Assembly (NCBI GenBank): GCA_003971905.1
Contig: RSEE01000050.1
Span: forward strand, 248,001 to 312,000
From: Moniliella sp. 'wahieum'
Taxonomy: Eukaryota
Reading direction: 5' to 3'
DNA length: 64,000 nt
Shown here: positions 38,828-52,031 of the stretch, one piece after another
Numbering within the stretch: position 1 is the stretch's first letter
How the letters are laid out: the number at the start of each line of letters is the position of its first letter
Program-made: the position numbers and the translations under genes
Notes under the pieces: model-generated
Told to the model about the DNA's origin: nothing
Database searches by the model: none
What the model saw: the letters and a program-made list of their open reading frames with translations, nothing else

Positions 38828-39862
38828 GGGTCGGATGGAGGGGGAGGGGAGGGGGGACGACGGTGGGTTGGGCGTGAGCGGGTGTGCGCCGCCGCTGTGG
38901 TTGGTGGAACGCGTATGCCCAGGCGGGCGGAATTGGAGAGGGGGTGAAATATGAAAGTTCATTAATTCGTGTGCCCAACTACTCCGCCGGAAATTGCTGC
39001 TGGACCCATGGGACGCGGGACCGTCAATTCTCCAATTAGCGCACATGCGCACTCGCTACATTTACGACCTGTACTACGCGAGCTGTACGACTGGTTGATC
39101 GAGGAACGCCATGCGGATGCCAAGTACCTTGGAGCCTGTGCTGGACGGGGGCTGTGCTGCTGGATGCCCACTGGTGCTGACCCGAGGTGTTTTGATGGGG
39201 TGTAGTCTGATGGCCAAGTGGAAGCGGCAGGGGTACGGAAAGTGAAAGTTGTGCTGCGTGCGCTGCATCCAAGCGCGCGACAACAACTCCGAGGGCGCGA
39301 CGTGCATTTGCCGCGTGCCCAATGCGGGCTGCGGGCGGGACGGTGGTGGAGTGCCAGAACTGGGTGGCGGGGACGTGCGTCGCAGGACGTGGCTAGTGGG
39401 CATGGATGCGGGGGTGCGCGGGCGGACACGCAGGGCATAGCCGACAGGATGCAGGCAGCGCGGGCAGGCGCGTGGCAGGTGGCGGCTATTCCGCCAGCAG
39501 CCAAGCGGCTGCGCGGCGCTGCTCCGTCGTGGCGGCCAATTTGGCCCGCCCCGCCGAGAGCCGCGGCAACCCCGGCAACCCGACAGCCCCGGCAGCCGCG
39601 CCCAGCCGCCGCTGGCAGCCGCCGCACCGCACGGCACCCGCCGCACCCGCCGCACCCCAGCCGCAGCAGCGCCACCACTGGCCAGCGCACCCTCACCGCT
39701 CACTCGCACTGGTCCTGCGTCCTGCTCAGCCGCCGTCGGCACGCCCACTCCCCTGCCCCTCCGTGCCCGCCGCCCCCCGGTCTTGCGTGTCCAGCCCCAT
39801 CCTATCCTCTTTGCTCGCGCCGCCACCATCCCCCCCCTGCCCCCACCACCACCGCCGCCACC

Positions 39863-41575
39863 ATGCCCAGCTTCGCCTCCGACTCGGAGCGCACCGAGTC
39901 CGCTGCTGCCTCGCCCGAGCCTGAAAGCAGCCCCCACCCTAGCCGCAGCCGCAGCGCCAGCCTCGCCGATACGCCCGCCGCCGCCGCCGCCTCTGCCCCC
40001 AGCAAACCAACGTCTGCGCCCGTGCCCCGGCGCAAGCTCAAGTCGGCGGCGGAAAAGTCGATGGAGATCAACGATCGCGACATTCGCACGCTCCTCCGTG
40101 GCGTGCACAAGTGGGGCGACCCAGGCTACCGCTATGATCAGCTGGTGGAGGGGCCCGTCTGCAAGGTAAGAACAAGGCCGTTGTCATGCGTACCACGGCC
40201 GACCTCCTTGCGATCTGTACGGCGGCTGTTCAAGCCCACGACCGCCAGCTGCGCGCGATGCTAGCACGCGGTGAGGATGTATCCAAACTACGACAGAAGG
40301 CTGTCCTAGTCAAGTTTCATGGCGTCGACAAGATCAATGCCGAGACGACGGTCATTCGCCACAACGACCTTCGCCTCTTGGGCGAAACACTGGACCCACT
40401 AGACGAGGAGGAACAGAATGCGTGGCGCGTGCCGGCCAAGTCACTCAAGACGACCATGAACTGGTCTGTGCCCTGGAGTGCCGAGGATGACGCCCACCTG
40501 CTTATCGGGTGCTACCGCTATGGCTTGGGCTCGTGGGAGCAAGTCGAAGCTGATCCGGGTCCTTAAGCTGACAGGCAAATTCTCTTGATGGAAGAAAAGG
40601 AGAGAAATAAGAAGTGGAGGAAGCCAAGAAGGAAAAACACAAACCTAAGGACAGCCCCGCCCAGCCATTCAGTCTGGCGATGACGGGTCTAAAGTCAAGG
40701 CCATTCCCAGCTCAGTCCACCTCGTGCGGAGGGAGATTATCTGCTCAAGGTTTTGCGGGAACACGACGATCATCTCAAGGCCGTGGTTGCTGATGCGCCG
40801 GATTTTCCATGAGTGAGGGATTCCCAGCCCGTGCCTCCGTCGGGCCAGGGGGCGTATCGCTGGATTACTCTGACTCGGAAGAAGAGGAAGAGGAGGATCA
40901 AGATGACGATGGATGAAGCGCAATGCAAAGAACTTCTTCGTCCCTGTCGCAAGCATCTCAAACGTCTACGGAATGGACTCGACCCGATGGATCGCGAACA
41001 CACAGTGCCGATTCTCAAGCTCGCGCTCGCTGCAATCGGAAAACAGATCGATCGCTTGGTCAAGACCCAGTCCCAGACTCAGTCGCGCGCTCAACGTCAA
41101 AAACTTGAGCGTCACCTGTGGACGTTTGCATCCTACTTTTGGCCTTCCGAGGTACGTCCCCCATTCCCATTCATCTCTTGTTAGGGTGGAAGCTAACATG
41201 ATTGATGCTCCTAGGTTCAGCCAAGTAAGATGCGTGACCTCTTCAACAGCTTGTCCAGAACAATTCTCCCGCCTTGGATGAAAGTTCGTCGGAGGCCCCT
41301 CCACGTCGGATAGAGGACGACCGTCCTACGAAGCGCAAGCATAGCTCTCTGGGCCCTGACTTGGCCAAGAAACGAAGGGCAAGCGATATGCTTTCTCCTC
41401 CTTCACCTGGCGAGTATGACCGTTCTTCTCCGTCGGTCCGGGATACCGTTCAGAGTCCAGAGGGTACGATGCGCGCTCAAGCCACGGTTCCAGGGACCAG
41501 CTGCGGCGGGATCATTCGATTCGGGGCCACAGGGACCGTCAAGCGCGTTCCCCGCGATCTAGTTGGGGCCCTTAG
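39863..41575 (+). CDS. CHD1 C-terminal module only (SANT/SLIDE DNA-binding domain plus CHCT/DUF4208); no chromodomains or Snf2 ATPase
   Basis: RDIRTLLRGVHKWGD, NWSVPWSAEDDAHLLIGCYRYGLGSWEQVEADP, IPSSVHLVRRGDYLLKVL, CKELLRPCRKHLKRL..LERHLWTFASYFWP. Intron ~41152-41214. ATG in CCACCATG context. Confidence 0.8.
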
Positions 41576-42551
41576 CTCTATCTATTTTTTTCTGGACAAG
41601 AGACGACCACATGTGCTTTCTTTGCACGCAATATCCCTATTTGGCCTGTTGTAGCTGTGTTAGCAGTGCCCTTCTGATAGCGGCCATGAACTATAACCAG
41701 GTCGTATCGTACTAGTTGAAGCCGCCAGAGTGCACCCGTTACAGTTCTTCACCTTCGTCAGCCGCGCCTGTGCACCTCATCCTTACTACTCTCGTCTTCA
41801 TGACCGTTGCCTCCTTCGACATCTAGAGAACAGGCACCCTTCGGCTGCCCCGAACCGCAGAAGCCCTGGGGTCGATCGTCATGTCCCGCCAGTTGTCGAT
41901 GGCCTCAAATAAAAAACTATATGTAATGTTTAGGTATCCACACTCTCGGAGCGAACTTGGACCTGTCCTGAATTGACGAAACGCATTCAAAGCGTGCACT
42001 TCAAGCCAAGAGTAAGGGTTTTGTGGGGTCAACATGGTTTGCGGATGCAAGGTATACTTCCTAGATCAGAAGGATGCATCAGAGTTAATGTCATTTATCA
42101 GACCAAAGACTTTTTCAGCAGACCCGGTTGCATTTTTGAGTGGGAGCGGTCTCCTACTTGTTTACAAAAGCATGAGTATTTGCCTCCTGTTTGGGGGGAA
42201 ACGCTGCCATCGTGGTGTTGAAGTCGTCGCGCCCCCACTATCAGAACGCCAGAGCTGTCATATCGCCCCGCCTCACTAACTCAGTTTGCAGCAATTTCTT
42301 ATGCACCGCCGTCTACTGCCGGGCATGCATACCTCGATCGAAAGCTGGTCCGCCTTCCCGGAATGGTTTCCAGGCCTGCACTCTGTTCCTCGTGGATGCA
42401 TACGAGAGCAGATTGGATGAGATGTAAGCGAACCATGTGGTCACAGTGGGACACTCCCGTACGTTGCTCCCGCAGTAGAAAGGGAAAGCCAGCCGAGCAA
42501 AAGGGGGTAGGGCGCATGGCACGGTGAGGATGGGCTATGGGCGGGTTGGCC

Positions 42552-44424
42552 TTATTCTCGGTGCAGTATGCAAATTCCCTCGACATGGCTGCAAGCAAGG
42601 GTTAGTATGTCCAATGACCAATGATTATGACCATGCGCATCGGGGATGAACATACTGGGTCTGAGGGAAAAAGTCGGCACCACGGAGGAGAAGATGGAGT
42701 AGGCGGGATCGTGATTGAGAGATAGCCCACATCGCGAGCTTGGTATGCACGTTGCAAATACATAGATGATCAGTTTGGGACGCAGCTTGAGTAGTTGATT
42801 CAGGAAGACTGGGTCGGACCCACGTCGCGGTGGGTCAATCACCACCGTTCCTCTCCGGTTCAAACATTTTGATGTGCTTGGTGCCAAAAATCTTTTCGGC
42901 CGAGCCCAATTGAAAGGTAACGTTGGCGACGTTGTTGGCCGCCGCGTTTTCCACGGCACATTCGACTGCCTTTGACGAGATTTCCACCCCAGCCACTTGT
43001 TTGAACAGGGGTGCCAGCGTCAGCGCAAACAGTCCCGACCCGCAGTATGCGTCAATCAAGTAATTTGGCTCGGCGCTCTGGGCCGCTGGGAGGGTGGACT
43101 CAGCGTACAATCTCGTTGCGTATGTATTCGACAAAGGGAACGAGGATGGAACGGTTGAACTGGAAGAAGTCGTTGGCCGGGACATGGAACCACGTAGTAC
43201 CCACTTTTTCATACGCCACGCCACGTTTTTGATCCGTAACCCTTGCGAGGCGAGTGGTTCCCCATTCGAAACCGAGTCCAAGTTGGGAGGGACCAGCGAA
43301 TCCCGTATCAGCAGTGACGCCCCATTACGGTAGTGGTGGATTTTGTCCTGCACCTCTTTCCGCACCTCTTTCAAGCGTTGATTCATCGCATCAGTCGCAA
43401 GACGGCAGTCATCAATATCCATCACGAGGCCATCTCCGCTCATCCCAATAGGAAATGGTTCTGGCGGGGTGGTGGGTTAAACTGGGTTCGACAAGTCCAA
43501 AGACTTTTTGGACAACTTGGCGTAGAGCGTTTCTTGTTCCCTCCACTTGCGTATTCTGGAAGGCAGCTCAAAGTGAGGTAACAATTTGGTGCGATAGCCA
43601 TATTCCTTGGGCGAAGGCAGAGTTTCCTCCGCCCGCGGGATGAGGGAGGCCTTCAACCCACTGTAGTTTGCAAACGCCTTATCCACCACTTGCCGTTTCA
43701 GATCAAGTTGTTGGGGATAGGACAGCATCTGGTACTGGCATCCACCGCAGGAATGGAAGTTCTTACAAAGGGGAGTCTCGGTACGCATTTCAGAGGGGAC
43801 CAAAATGTCCTCGATGAGAGCTTTAGAATGCATCTCAAAATTGTGCACGACCCTCACTACCAATTTGTCGCCGGGCAACGCCTTGGGAACAAGGATGGCC
43901 CAATCCTCATTTAGTGGATCTCGCGCAAGGCCGCACCCGGTCGGTGTGAGCCTTTCAATAGTGACCTGAAAGGCGTGTCCAATGGAATGTACATGCTCCT
44001 GGGTCGTACTTGGCGACCTACGCCGCTCCACCGCCTCAGGGCCCAAAAACTGCTGCACCTCCAGCTCTTCGGGATCAATACCAATGATTTTGGCCTTCTT
44101 GGCGGAGACGAACGGTGAACGACGTTTTTTCGTATGTTTAGTACTGTTAGAGTTGCGCAAAGGAGTGCGAACGTTAGAGTTGCGCGAAGGAGTGTGAACG
44201 TTAGAGTTGCGCGAAGGAGTGCGGTCGGGGGCAGAGGAAGCTGGAACACCCATGATCTGTTCCGCGTCCGGACGGGCTGCCGAGAACGGGGTTTCGATGC
44301 TTGGTGGGCGCCGGCGCACGCGAGAGGCCAGACCGCTTGTCTCTTCGGCAGACGAGATTGGCGAAGAAGAAAAAGAGGATAAGAAGCGTGTGTGCCTCAC
44401 AAGGTGTGGGGGAGGGTAGCCCAT
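42552..44424 (-). CDS. TRM2: tRNA (uracil-54-C5)-methyltransferase
   Basis: TRAM-like region, CKNFHSCGGCQYQMLSYPQQLDLKR, YGYRTKLLPHF, FFQFNRS, LIDAYCGSGLF, VVIDPPRRG, DFFPQT|HVEGICIL. Intron ~42589-42655. Confidence 0.93.
44143..44226 (-). repeat. Coding 27-bp tandem repeat x3 (RTPSRNSNV)
   Basis: gttagagttgcgcgaaggagtg(c/t)gaac units in the TRM2 N-terminus. Confidence 0.9.
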
Positions 44425-44755
44425 GCACGAATGCTTGTCATGGTGGATAGGTTGGAGTGGAGAACAAGGAGATGCTTTCCTTAGTTGGACAAGCCTTTTT
44501 CTTCGCCACTTGGTACTTCAACGTTCCATGTTCGACAGAAAAGCAGCTTAAAAATCCGGTGCGGGGCGGAATGATCGGTGACCGGTGATCGATTGTCGGT
44601 GTAATGTGCGCGTCAATTAATGACAGCTCCAGTACTTCGTTGGCAGTGCACCCATGTAGACCTAAGTCCCAAGAGTAAAGATAGAGCATCGATCAGGTCC
44701 GCAAGCCCCTGTGTTATATACCCCTTCAGCTTCCTGGCCCCACCTTTAAAGCAAC

Positions 44756-45168
44756 ATGATCCACACCCAGACGGATCCTAAGGCGGACTGCACTCTCGTA
44801 TACCAAAAACTCCATAAGGCAACACACAAAAACGGCTTAGACGTTAGTAGGACTGACAAAATAGAAGCTGACGCAATAAGAGTGTGGAAGTACTGGATAA
44901 GTGATCTCCCATGCGTTCGTCTTCTCAAAAGGAACCATACTCGTGGCATTTAGATTCAGAACGGTCGGACATGTTGTCTCGTGAATCTCACTATATATGG
45001 GAGAGGAGAGGGAGACAATTGAGGATTAAGTTCGGGCAATCGGAGGTCCGGGTGACTCTCATCAAAGAGCCGAGCGCTGCGGATTGGATGGCTCCCAAAG
45101 AGCAGATGTGGTGTGATGATCATTGGGAAAGGGAAATAGCGGAGGCTAAGGGCTCGGATTGTGCGTGA
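44756..45168 (+). CDS. Possible small orphan protein, convergent with LCL2
   Basis: TATATA at ~44714 and ATG 44756. Two overlapping ORFs can be joined by one indel. No recognised domain. Confidence 0.3.
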
Positions 45169-45725
45169 GAGCTTGGGCAAGCATGACGGCATGGCAATCA
45201 GGTGCTTGCACACAAAAGTATCCTCCCGAATCGATGCGCGCGGCCTCCCTGGGGCCGGCTCCGACGAGTAGATACACCGCTGCTGTTCGGCGAAAGGACA
45301 GGGGCATGCTGATGGGTTCGGAACACAGGCAAGAGTATCGGGACAAAGGTAAGATGTGCATTTGGCTGTGAGCAAAGCACAATTGTCAGTCATACCATCC
45401 AAGCGTTATGATAGAATCACACTTTGGCGCCTCAACCGAGTCTGCGACGAATCGGGGCAGGCGTGGCCGACGAATCATCCGGAACAAACCATGCAGACCG
45501 AATAAGGAGGGGATGTAGCATAGATTCAAACGTACCTGCGTCAACGCGTTCGCGGAACCAAGATGGATCGCCGGACGTAGTGGGTTCCTTCTCAGCACCA
45601 CTGGGCCCACCATGCTGACCAAATATATGCTGGAAGAAACCCTGGGCCTGAACACTGCTCGCACAGAACACAAGTCCAAGTAGAACCCAGATGAAGATAG
45701 CCGCCGCACGGGGGGAGCGCGTCAT
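45146..45725 (-). CDS. LCL2: Lcl2 family small secretory/ER protein (ERAD-associated)
   Basis: Signal peptide, then QGFFQHIFG..DPSWFRERVDA|AKCTSYLCPDTLACVPNPSACPCP. Intron 45535-45366. Confidence 0.85.
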
Positions 45726-45806
45726 GGTGGTTGCCGCAATCGTGATGGTGGTGCCGGTACTGTGACCTCGCATCCGACATTTGCTCCTCGGCTTGGTGCC
45801 CCAAGA

Positions 45807-45827
45807 TGACGTGGAATGATGACGTAA
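45807..45827. promoter_or_regulatory. Tandem UPRE/CRE-like sites TGACGTGGAAT and TGACGTAA upstream of LCL2
   Basis: Two bZIP-type ACGT cores 80-100 bp 5' of the LCL2 ATG. Confidence 0.55.
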
Positions 45828-46348
45828 TCGTTGCGCTAGGGAAATTGAATATTGACTGCTTAGCCGTTTCCCGTTGGTGCCCCACCAATTTCCAGTGGGC
45901 ATAGGCAAGTGCAGGTGAATGGTTCTACGCACTCTTTGGCACAGCCATCCGAGTTCCATTGAACGAGGCGGCAGCCGGCCATTGCCTCAACGTTCAACTG
46001 GCTGGACGATGATAGACGATGTTAACCCATTTGTGTGAAAGCGCTAGGCAAGTCCAAATTCTGGCTACCGTATATCTGGTGTAGCTCGGTACTACTAGTA
46101 GTATGTAGTCCACACTCAGAGACGCTCGCCATCAACACTCGACAAAACAAAAGAATAAAAGAGAAGGTATCCCAATAAGTAGACAACCAGTATCTATGCC
46201 AGCCTTGCACCTCTACAACATCCAGGAGTTCACTAAAATATGGGACTACGGTCAAGTGAACGGCCATTGTGTCGCAAGTTGTGGCAGAACTCCATATGAA
46301 AAAAGACAAAACAAGTTCAGGTATTGAAATACGCGACAAGCCGCGGCA

Positions 46349-49157
46349 TTACGCGGGCGTCCCATCTCCGTCCAGGAGGAAGGAGCCATCGACTCGTCTG
46401 CCTGCGTCTCATCGGCCTGGGTCGTCCTGCGTCTCGTCGGCCTGCGTTGCGTCAGGTTCCAATTGACCGTCAGCCTGTGACGCCTCCTGTGTCGCTGGAT
46501 CATCCTCGAAGTCCTCATCTTCTGCATCGTCGGGAGAAGAAGACGAGTCAGAGTGAGGGGGGTGTCAACTGTACAGAAGGTCCGTTCTGTGGAGATTCGC
46601 TCTCGAGTTGCGTCTGGGTCTGCGATTCGGGCTCCACTCCAGGTTCCGCGTCGTTTGCAAGCTCACGCCCCAACTGGGGCTGTGGCGAGGGAGCAGACTG
46701 GCCAGGTGGCGCCAAGGCAGGCGAGGACAAGCGGGGGCGCTTGGGCTTGCTGATGGTGTCGTTCAACCATACTAGCTAGCTGCAACACTTGCGACTGAGC
46801 CGCGAGCCGTTCCGCATACAGCTCAGATCGTCTCTTGGCCAGCTGCTGCCGCTTTTCTCCCAAGCGGGCCTCATACGCTTCAAAGTCATTGAGGTAGGTG
46901 TCGAAAGCGCTCCGTGTGCGCCTCCACCACATCCCTCAAGTTCTCCCGTGCCCGCAATTCTTCGGGCGTGAGGCGAACGTACATATTGACCCACTGCTCC
47001 GCTGCCTTGTCGTCCAAGGAGGCACATGAATCATTTTCCTTGTTGACTCCGTTTGCCTGTAGAGATGCCTCGTTTTGCTTTTCGGGCGATTTGGGCGCCG
47101 ATACACCAGGTTTCAATGAACCTTTTTCACCGACAGGCACACTGCGGCTAGGGCCATCTTCCCCCACGGATGAAGCTGGCTCTGCGCCGTCTTTGGTGGA
47201 AGCAGTTTGGAAGTAATACTCTGAGGCAAGATGACCAGCCGGCCCTGACTCGGGCTTGTCCACGGTACTTTCATCTTCAGTTTGGCTCGGTTGAGCGGGC
47301 TCCTTACCATGCTCTTGCTTATTTTCTGGATCGCCTCCAGATGTGTCTTCGCCAGAGCCGCCTTCTTCTCCTTTGGAGGGACCCGTTTCCACATCCTTAG
47401 GCTCATCTTGGACTGACCACCGGCCTGGGCTTCAGCAGTGCTTTCTTCCGGGCCGTTGGTTCGGAGCTGGTTTTGGCTTGTTCCTTCTTCTGGGCAAGAG
47501 CATGGGCCTTGGCCTTGGCTTCCATCTGCTCAGCCCGTTGTTCCGTTCCTTGGTGATAATTTCTCCAGCGCAACAAGGGCACGCCCAGTAGCATGCTGCA
47601 CCACGTCCGATGGAACCAAAGAGGATAAGACGGCCAAGACGGACAACACAGGGTTGTCCGTATTGTTGAAAGGAGCAGCAAACCGGCCTTGTCCGGTCAA
47701 CTCATATGGGCCCAGCACGGGGTGGCGTGATGCTGCGCCCGATTCAGTTTCTCCCGTTTTATTAGGTTCCATCTCGTTCAAAAACTGATCCTCCAACGGC
47801 ATCTTCAAGAACTTGAGCGCGCATTCTTGAGGCGAACGAGTACCCACCGTATTGGACACTGCGTCCCAATTAATGCCATGTGTACGCACAGCACGAAGGA
47901 GGAACACGTTTCCATCTCCGACCAATCATCCGAGGCTGAGGAGCCCGCCAAAGAGACGTGTGTGCCTTCCTGTGGATTAAAGGGGTCGAATTCGGTTCGA
48001 AGCAGATCGCCCACCCCACAGAGGAAGGAAAACGACCTGCCTCGTAGCACAGAGTGCACCACGAGCTTCCTTCCTCCTCCTTCGAGGGGTGCAGTAGCAT
48101 ATACCGTGTTCGGGTACAATCTACCCCGCACGTATCGCAAGTGAACCGCACCATAGGGCGAACAGGCGGTGCAATGTCCCTGTTCTGGGGGCAACCTTTT
48201 CCGGCGCAGCAGTCAGGGACAGATCCAGCCCCTTGGCAAACGACTCGATGTCCACTCGGGTTCGTGCGGTGTGGGGACGGCGCGCCGCCTGGAATGGGGC
48301 AGCTTGGCGGGACCCAGCCCACGATCCACATCCACCGTGATACGGAAGTGGTCGACAAAGGGGGGGGCCTAATCGTTGTGGCCGCGAGTCGGGCAGAGCT
48401 GATGGTTGATCACGCCCATTGGTCCAAGAATTTATGGATCCGCAGGAGAGTGCACACGTCCCCACGCAAGTTCCGACGGCAAGCGGTAAACGTAAGGTAT
48501 TCCGATGGGTTAAGGCGGTACGTGCACACCATAAAGTCACGGTACTGCTTGTACACCCGCTCGTCTTGCTTCGGTTTTGACCTGTGAAGAATTCCGGGAA
48601 AGAACGTCTCTCAATGGGGTGGATGCGCTGCAAAGAAAACCAGGCAGCCTGGACAGGCAAAACGAACTCCTCCCCGGGAGGGCGGATGACCTCGGTACCT
48701 TCAGGGAGGGGAATATCCTGCGTATCTCCATGGCGGAATATCCTGCGTATCTCCAGTGACGGGAATATTCTGCGTATCTCCAGTGGTGGGGAATATCCTG
48801 CGTATCTCAGCAGTGCTGGGAATGTCCTGTGTGCTCTTGGTGGGATGTAGGGGGGGCGGACGTAGGGAGAGTTGATGAAGGCAAAGGGTGTGCGGGTGGG
48901 GTGCCACTTGCACTTTCTGGCATAGGCGTTGGCTCCATCTCCAGGCGCACCTTTTTGATACTTGCTCCCTCTGGCGTGTCGAGCTCATCAGGCAAACGGC
49001 GCTTGGTACCCTGGGCAGCAGCATCGGAAACACTTAGCTCCGCATGGGGGTCGGCGGCAGAAGAAGCAGGAGGAAGGTCGAAGTCCTCTTCGTCCAAGAT
49101 TTCGTTGTACAATGCACTCTTCTCAAGCCATGCCGAACTTGTCTCACGCCCTCGCAT
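46349..49157 (-). CDS. SWI/SNF-RSC core subunit (Swi3/Rsc8/SMARCC family)
   Basis: [50 protein letters not shown]-like [64 protein letters not shown]-terminal coiled coil. Ends approximate. Confidence 0.9.
48709..48836 (-). repeat. Coding ~27-bp tandem repeat x5 (GDTQDIPxx)
   Basis: GGAATATCCTGCGTATCTC core four times (one with a mismatch) plus one degenerate copy. Confidence 0.9.
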
Positions 49158-49379
49158 AGGTTGGACACGGGGAGGCACTTCCCCTGAGGAGGGGCCAAAT
49201 CGGTCCTGTTGATCACCCAGCGATCATACGAGCCGGGCCCCGCCCGTAAAAATGCAACAGTGCTTTGGGCCCATCGACCACCACAGTGCGGTATGCCTGG
49301 TGGCCTTCAATTTTCTCTTCTCCAGGAATCGTGTCTCTTAAGATGTGGGTGGCCGAGGCACGGTCCGTCGTCCAGTCAA

Positions 49380-50075
49380 CTAGCAAAGCAGAAGTAGTAT
49401 GGAGGTCAGCCCCACCAAACAGTACAAAGGGGTTAGAGGGAAGCAGTGCGTACGCTCAAGAAAGTCAGACCAGCTCTTGGCCTGCGCCTTCTTTTCCTCA
49501 GGCCATTCGGGTGGGACAAAGACTGAGATGGAGGGGAGAATGCCCTGGGCTTTGAGCTGGGCGCGTGCGGTGGCCAAGACGGAGGCGTAGAAGGGCGGCG
49601 AGCAGGTTCCAGGATGTCCTCTCCGGTTGAAGGGACGAAGCGGGCATACTGCCGGAGGACAGAGAGAAGCAGGGCGTGTAGGGCCTGCTCTGAGCGCGCG
49701 TCGGGCGGCAGTCGGAAGCACCAAGCCGGTAGGCGGGTGGGTGGCGTGCAGCAGACTCAGACGCGTCGGGGTTGGCGGGGCGCGGAGCATCCATGCCGAG
49801 CACATGCTCCTGGAAGAGCTGGATCTGGTACAGCACTCCGGCCAGGTCAGCGCCAGTGAGGCGGCCGGTGGGCGTAGGTGCGGCGCCATCGACGCTGCCG
49901 AGCTCGGCTGCGAGGGGGGCGGAGAGGACTTCGAGGCGGCGGTGCCACTCGGTGTCGTAGAGTGGTCTGGGTCGGGCGCGCCCGTCACACGCAGTGCGGG
50001 CAGCAGCAGCGGCGGTGTTGTGGCCATCGGCGGCGGGGCGGCGTCAGCGTCAGCCGCACTGGGGTCGCTTGCCAT
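49380..50075 (-). CDS. Hypothetical protein
   Basis: Minus-strand ORF MASDPSAADA... with plausible coding segments in neighbouring frames. No recognised domain. Confidence 0.4.
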   Translation of the reverse strand: MASDPSAADADAAPPPMATTPPLLLPALRVTGAPDPDHSTTPSGTAASKSSPPPSQPSSAASMAPHLRPPAASLALTWPECCTRSSSSRSMCSAWMLRAPPTPTRLSLLHATHPPTGLVLPTAARRALRAGPTRPASLCPPAVCPLRPFNRRGHPGTCSPPFYASVLATARAQLKAQGILPSISVFVPPEWPEEKKAQAKSWSDFLERTHCFPLTPLYCLVGLTSILLLLC

Positions 50076-50394
50076 GGCGATCGCGAGGCGGGGCAGGGTA
50101 GTTGGGGATGAGCATTCGTCCTGCCCATGCTCGCAGCACGAGCTGCTGGCATCCGCTGCCATGCCCAATTCCGCCGCGCGTTCCGCCCTAGCACGCGACG
50201 CGATTGTCGTGCTTCAATATTCAATGTCTTTTGGGCCAGAAAAATGCACCCCCCTGGGAATAGCATGTGACACCCCGCCCCGGCGCTTCAGCCCACCCGC
50301 TCCTCGTCGAACACCACCCTGACGGTGGCACGGACTGAGATGGGCATAGGCATCGCCGTTCCATTATGCTCTTGCGCTCCGCTACTGCCACTTA

Positions 50395-51784
<1,390 letters not shown>

Positions 51785-52031
51785 GGTGTACAGTTGTGGC
51801 GGCGGTGACAGGAAGGAGAATGGAAAGGGGAAGAGCGGGAGGACAGAATGGGTCACATGATGCCCTGAGGCCACAGGTTTCATCGATCATGCATGGGCCT
51901 CCAAATTTTTTTCGTTGGCTGGGGCTAAGCAGTTACATCAGCTGCGTCATTCCGCCTACCCTTCCGCCGCTGCACGCACCTTGCTTTATATTGGGCAGCT
52001 AGCTGATGGCAGGCTGACCCGGCGAGTACCA

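Noticed and set aside
41820..42520. Short ORFs between the CHD1-like gene and TRM2
   Set aside because: No motif and no consistent frame.
45366..45535. 170-nt LCL2 intron as snoRNA host
   Set aside because: No convincing C box (RTGATGA) or terminal stem; the CTGA coincides with the branch point.
48709..48836. CRISPR-like short repeats with variable spacers
   Set aside because: Eukaryotic context, spacers under 10 nt, repeat inside the Swi3/Rsc8 coding region, and no cas genes.
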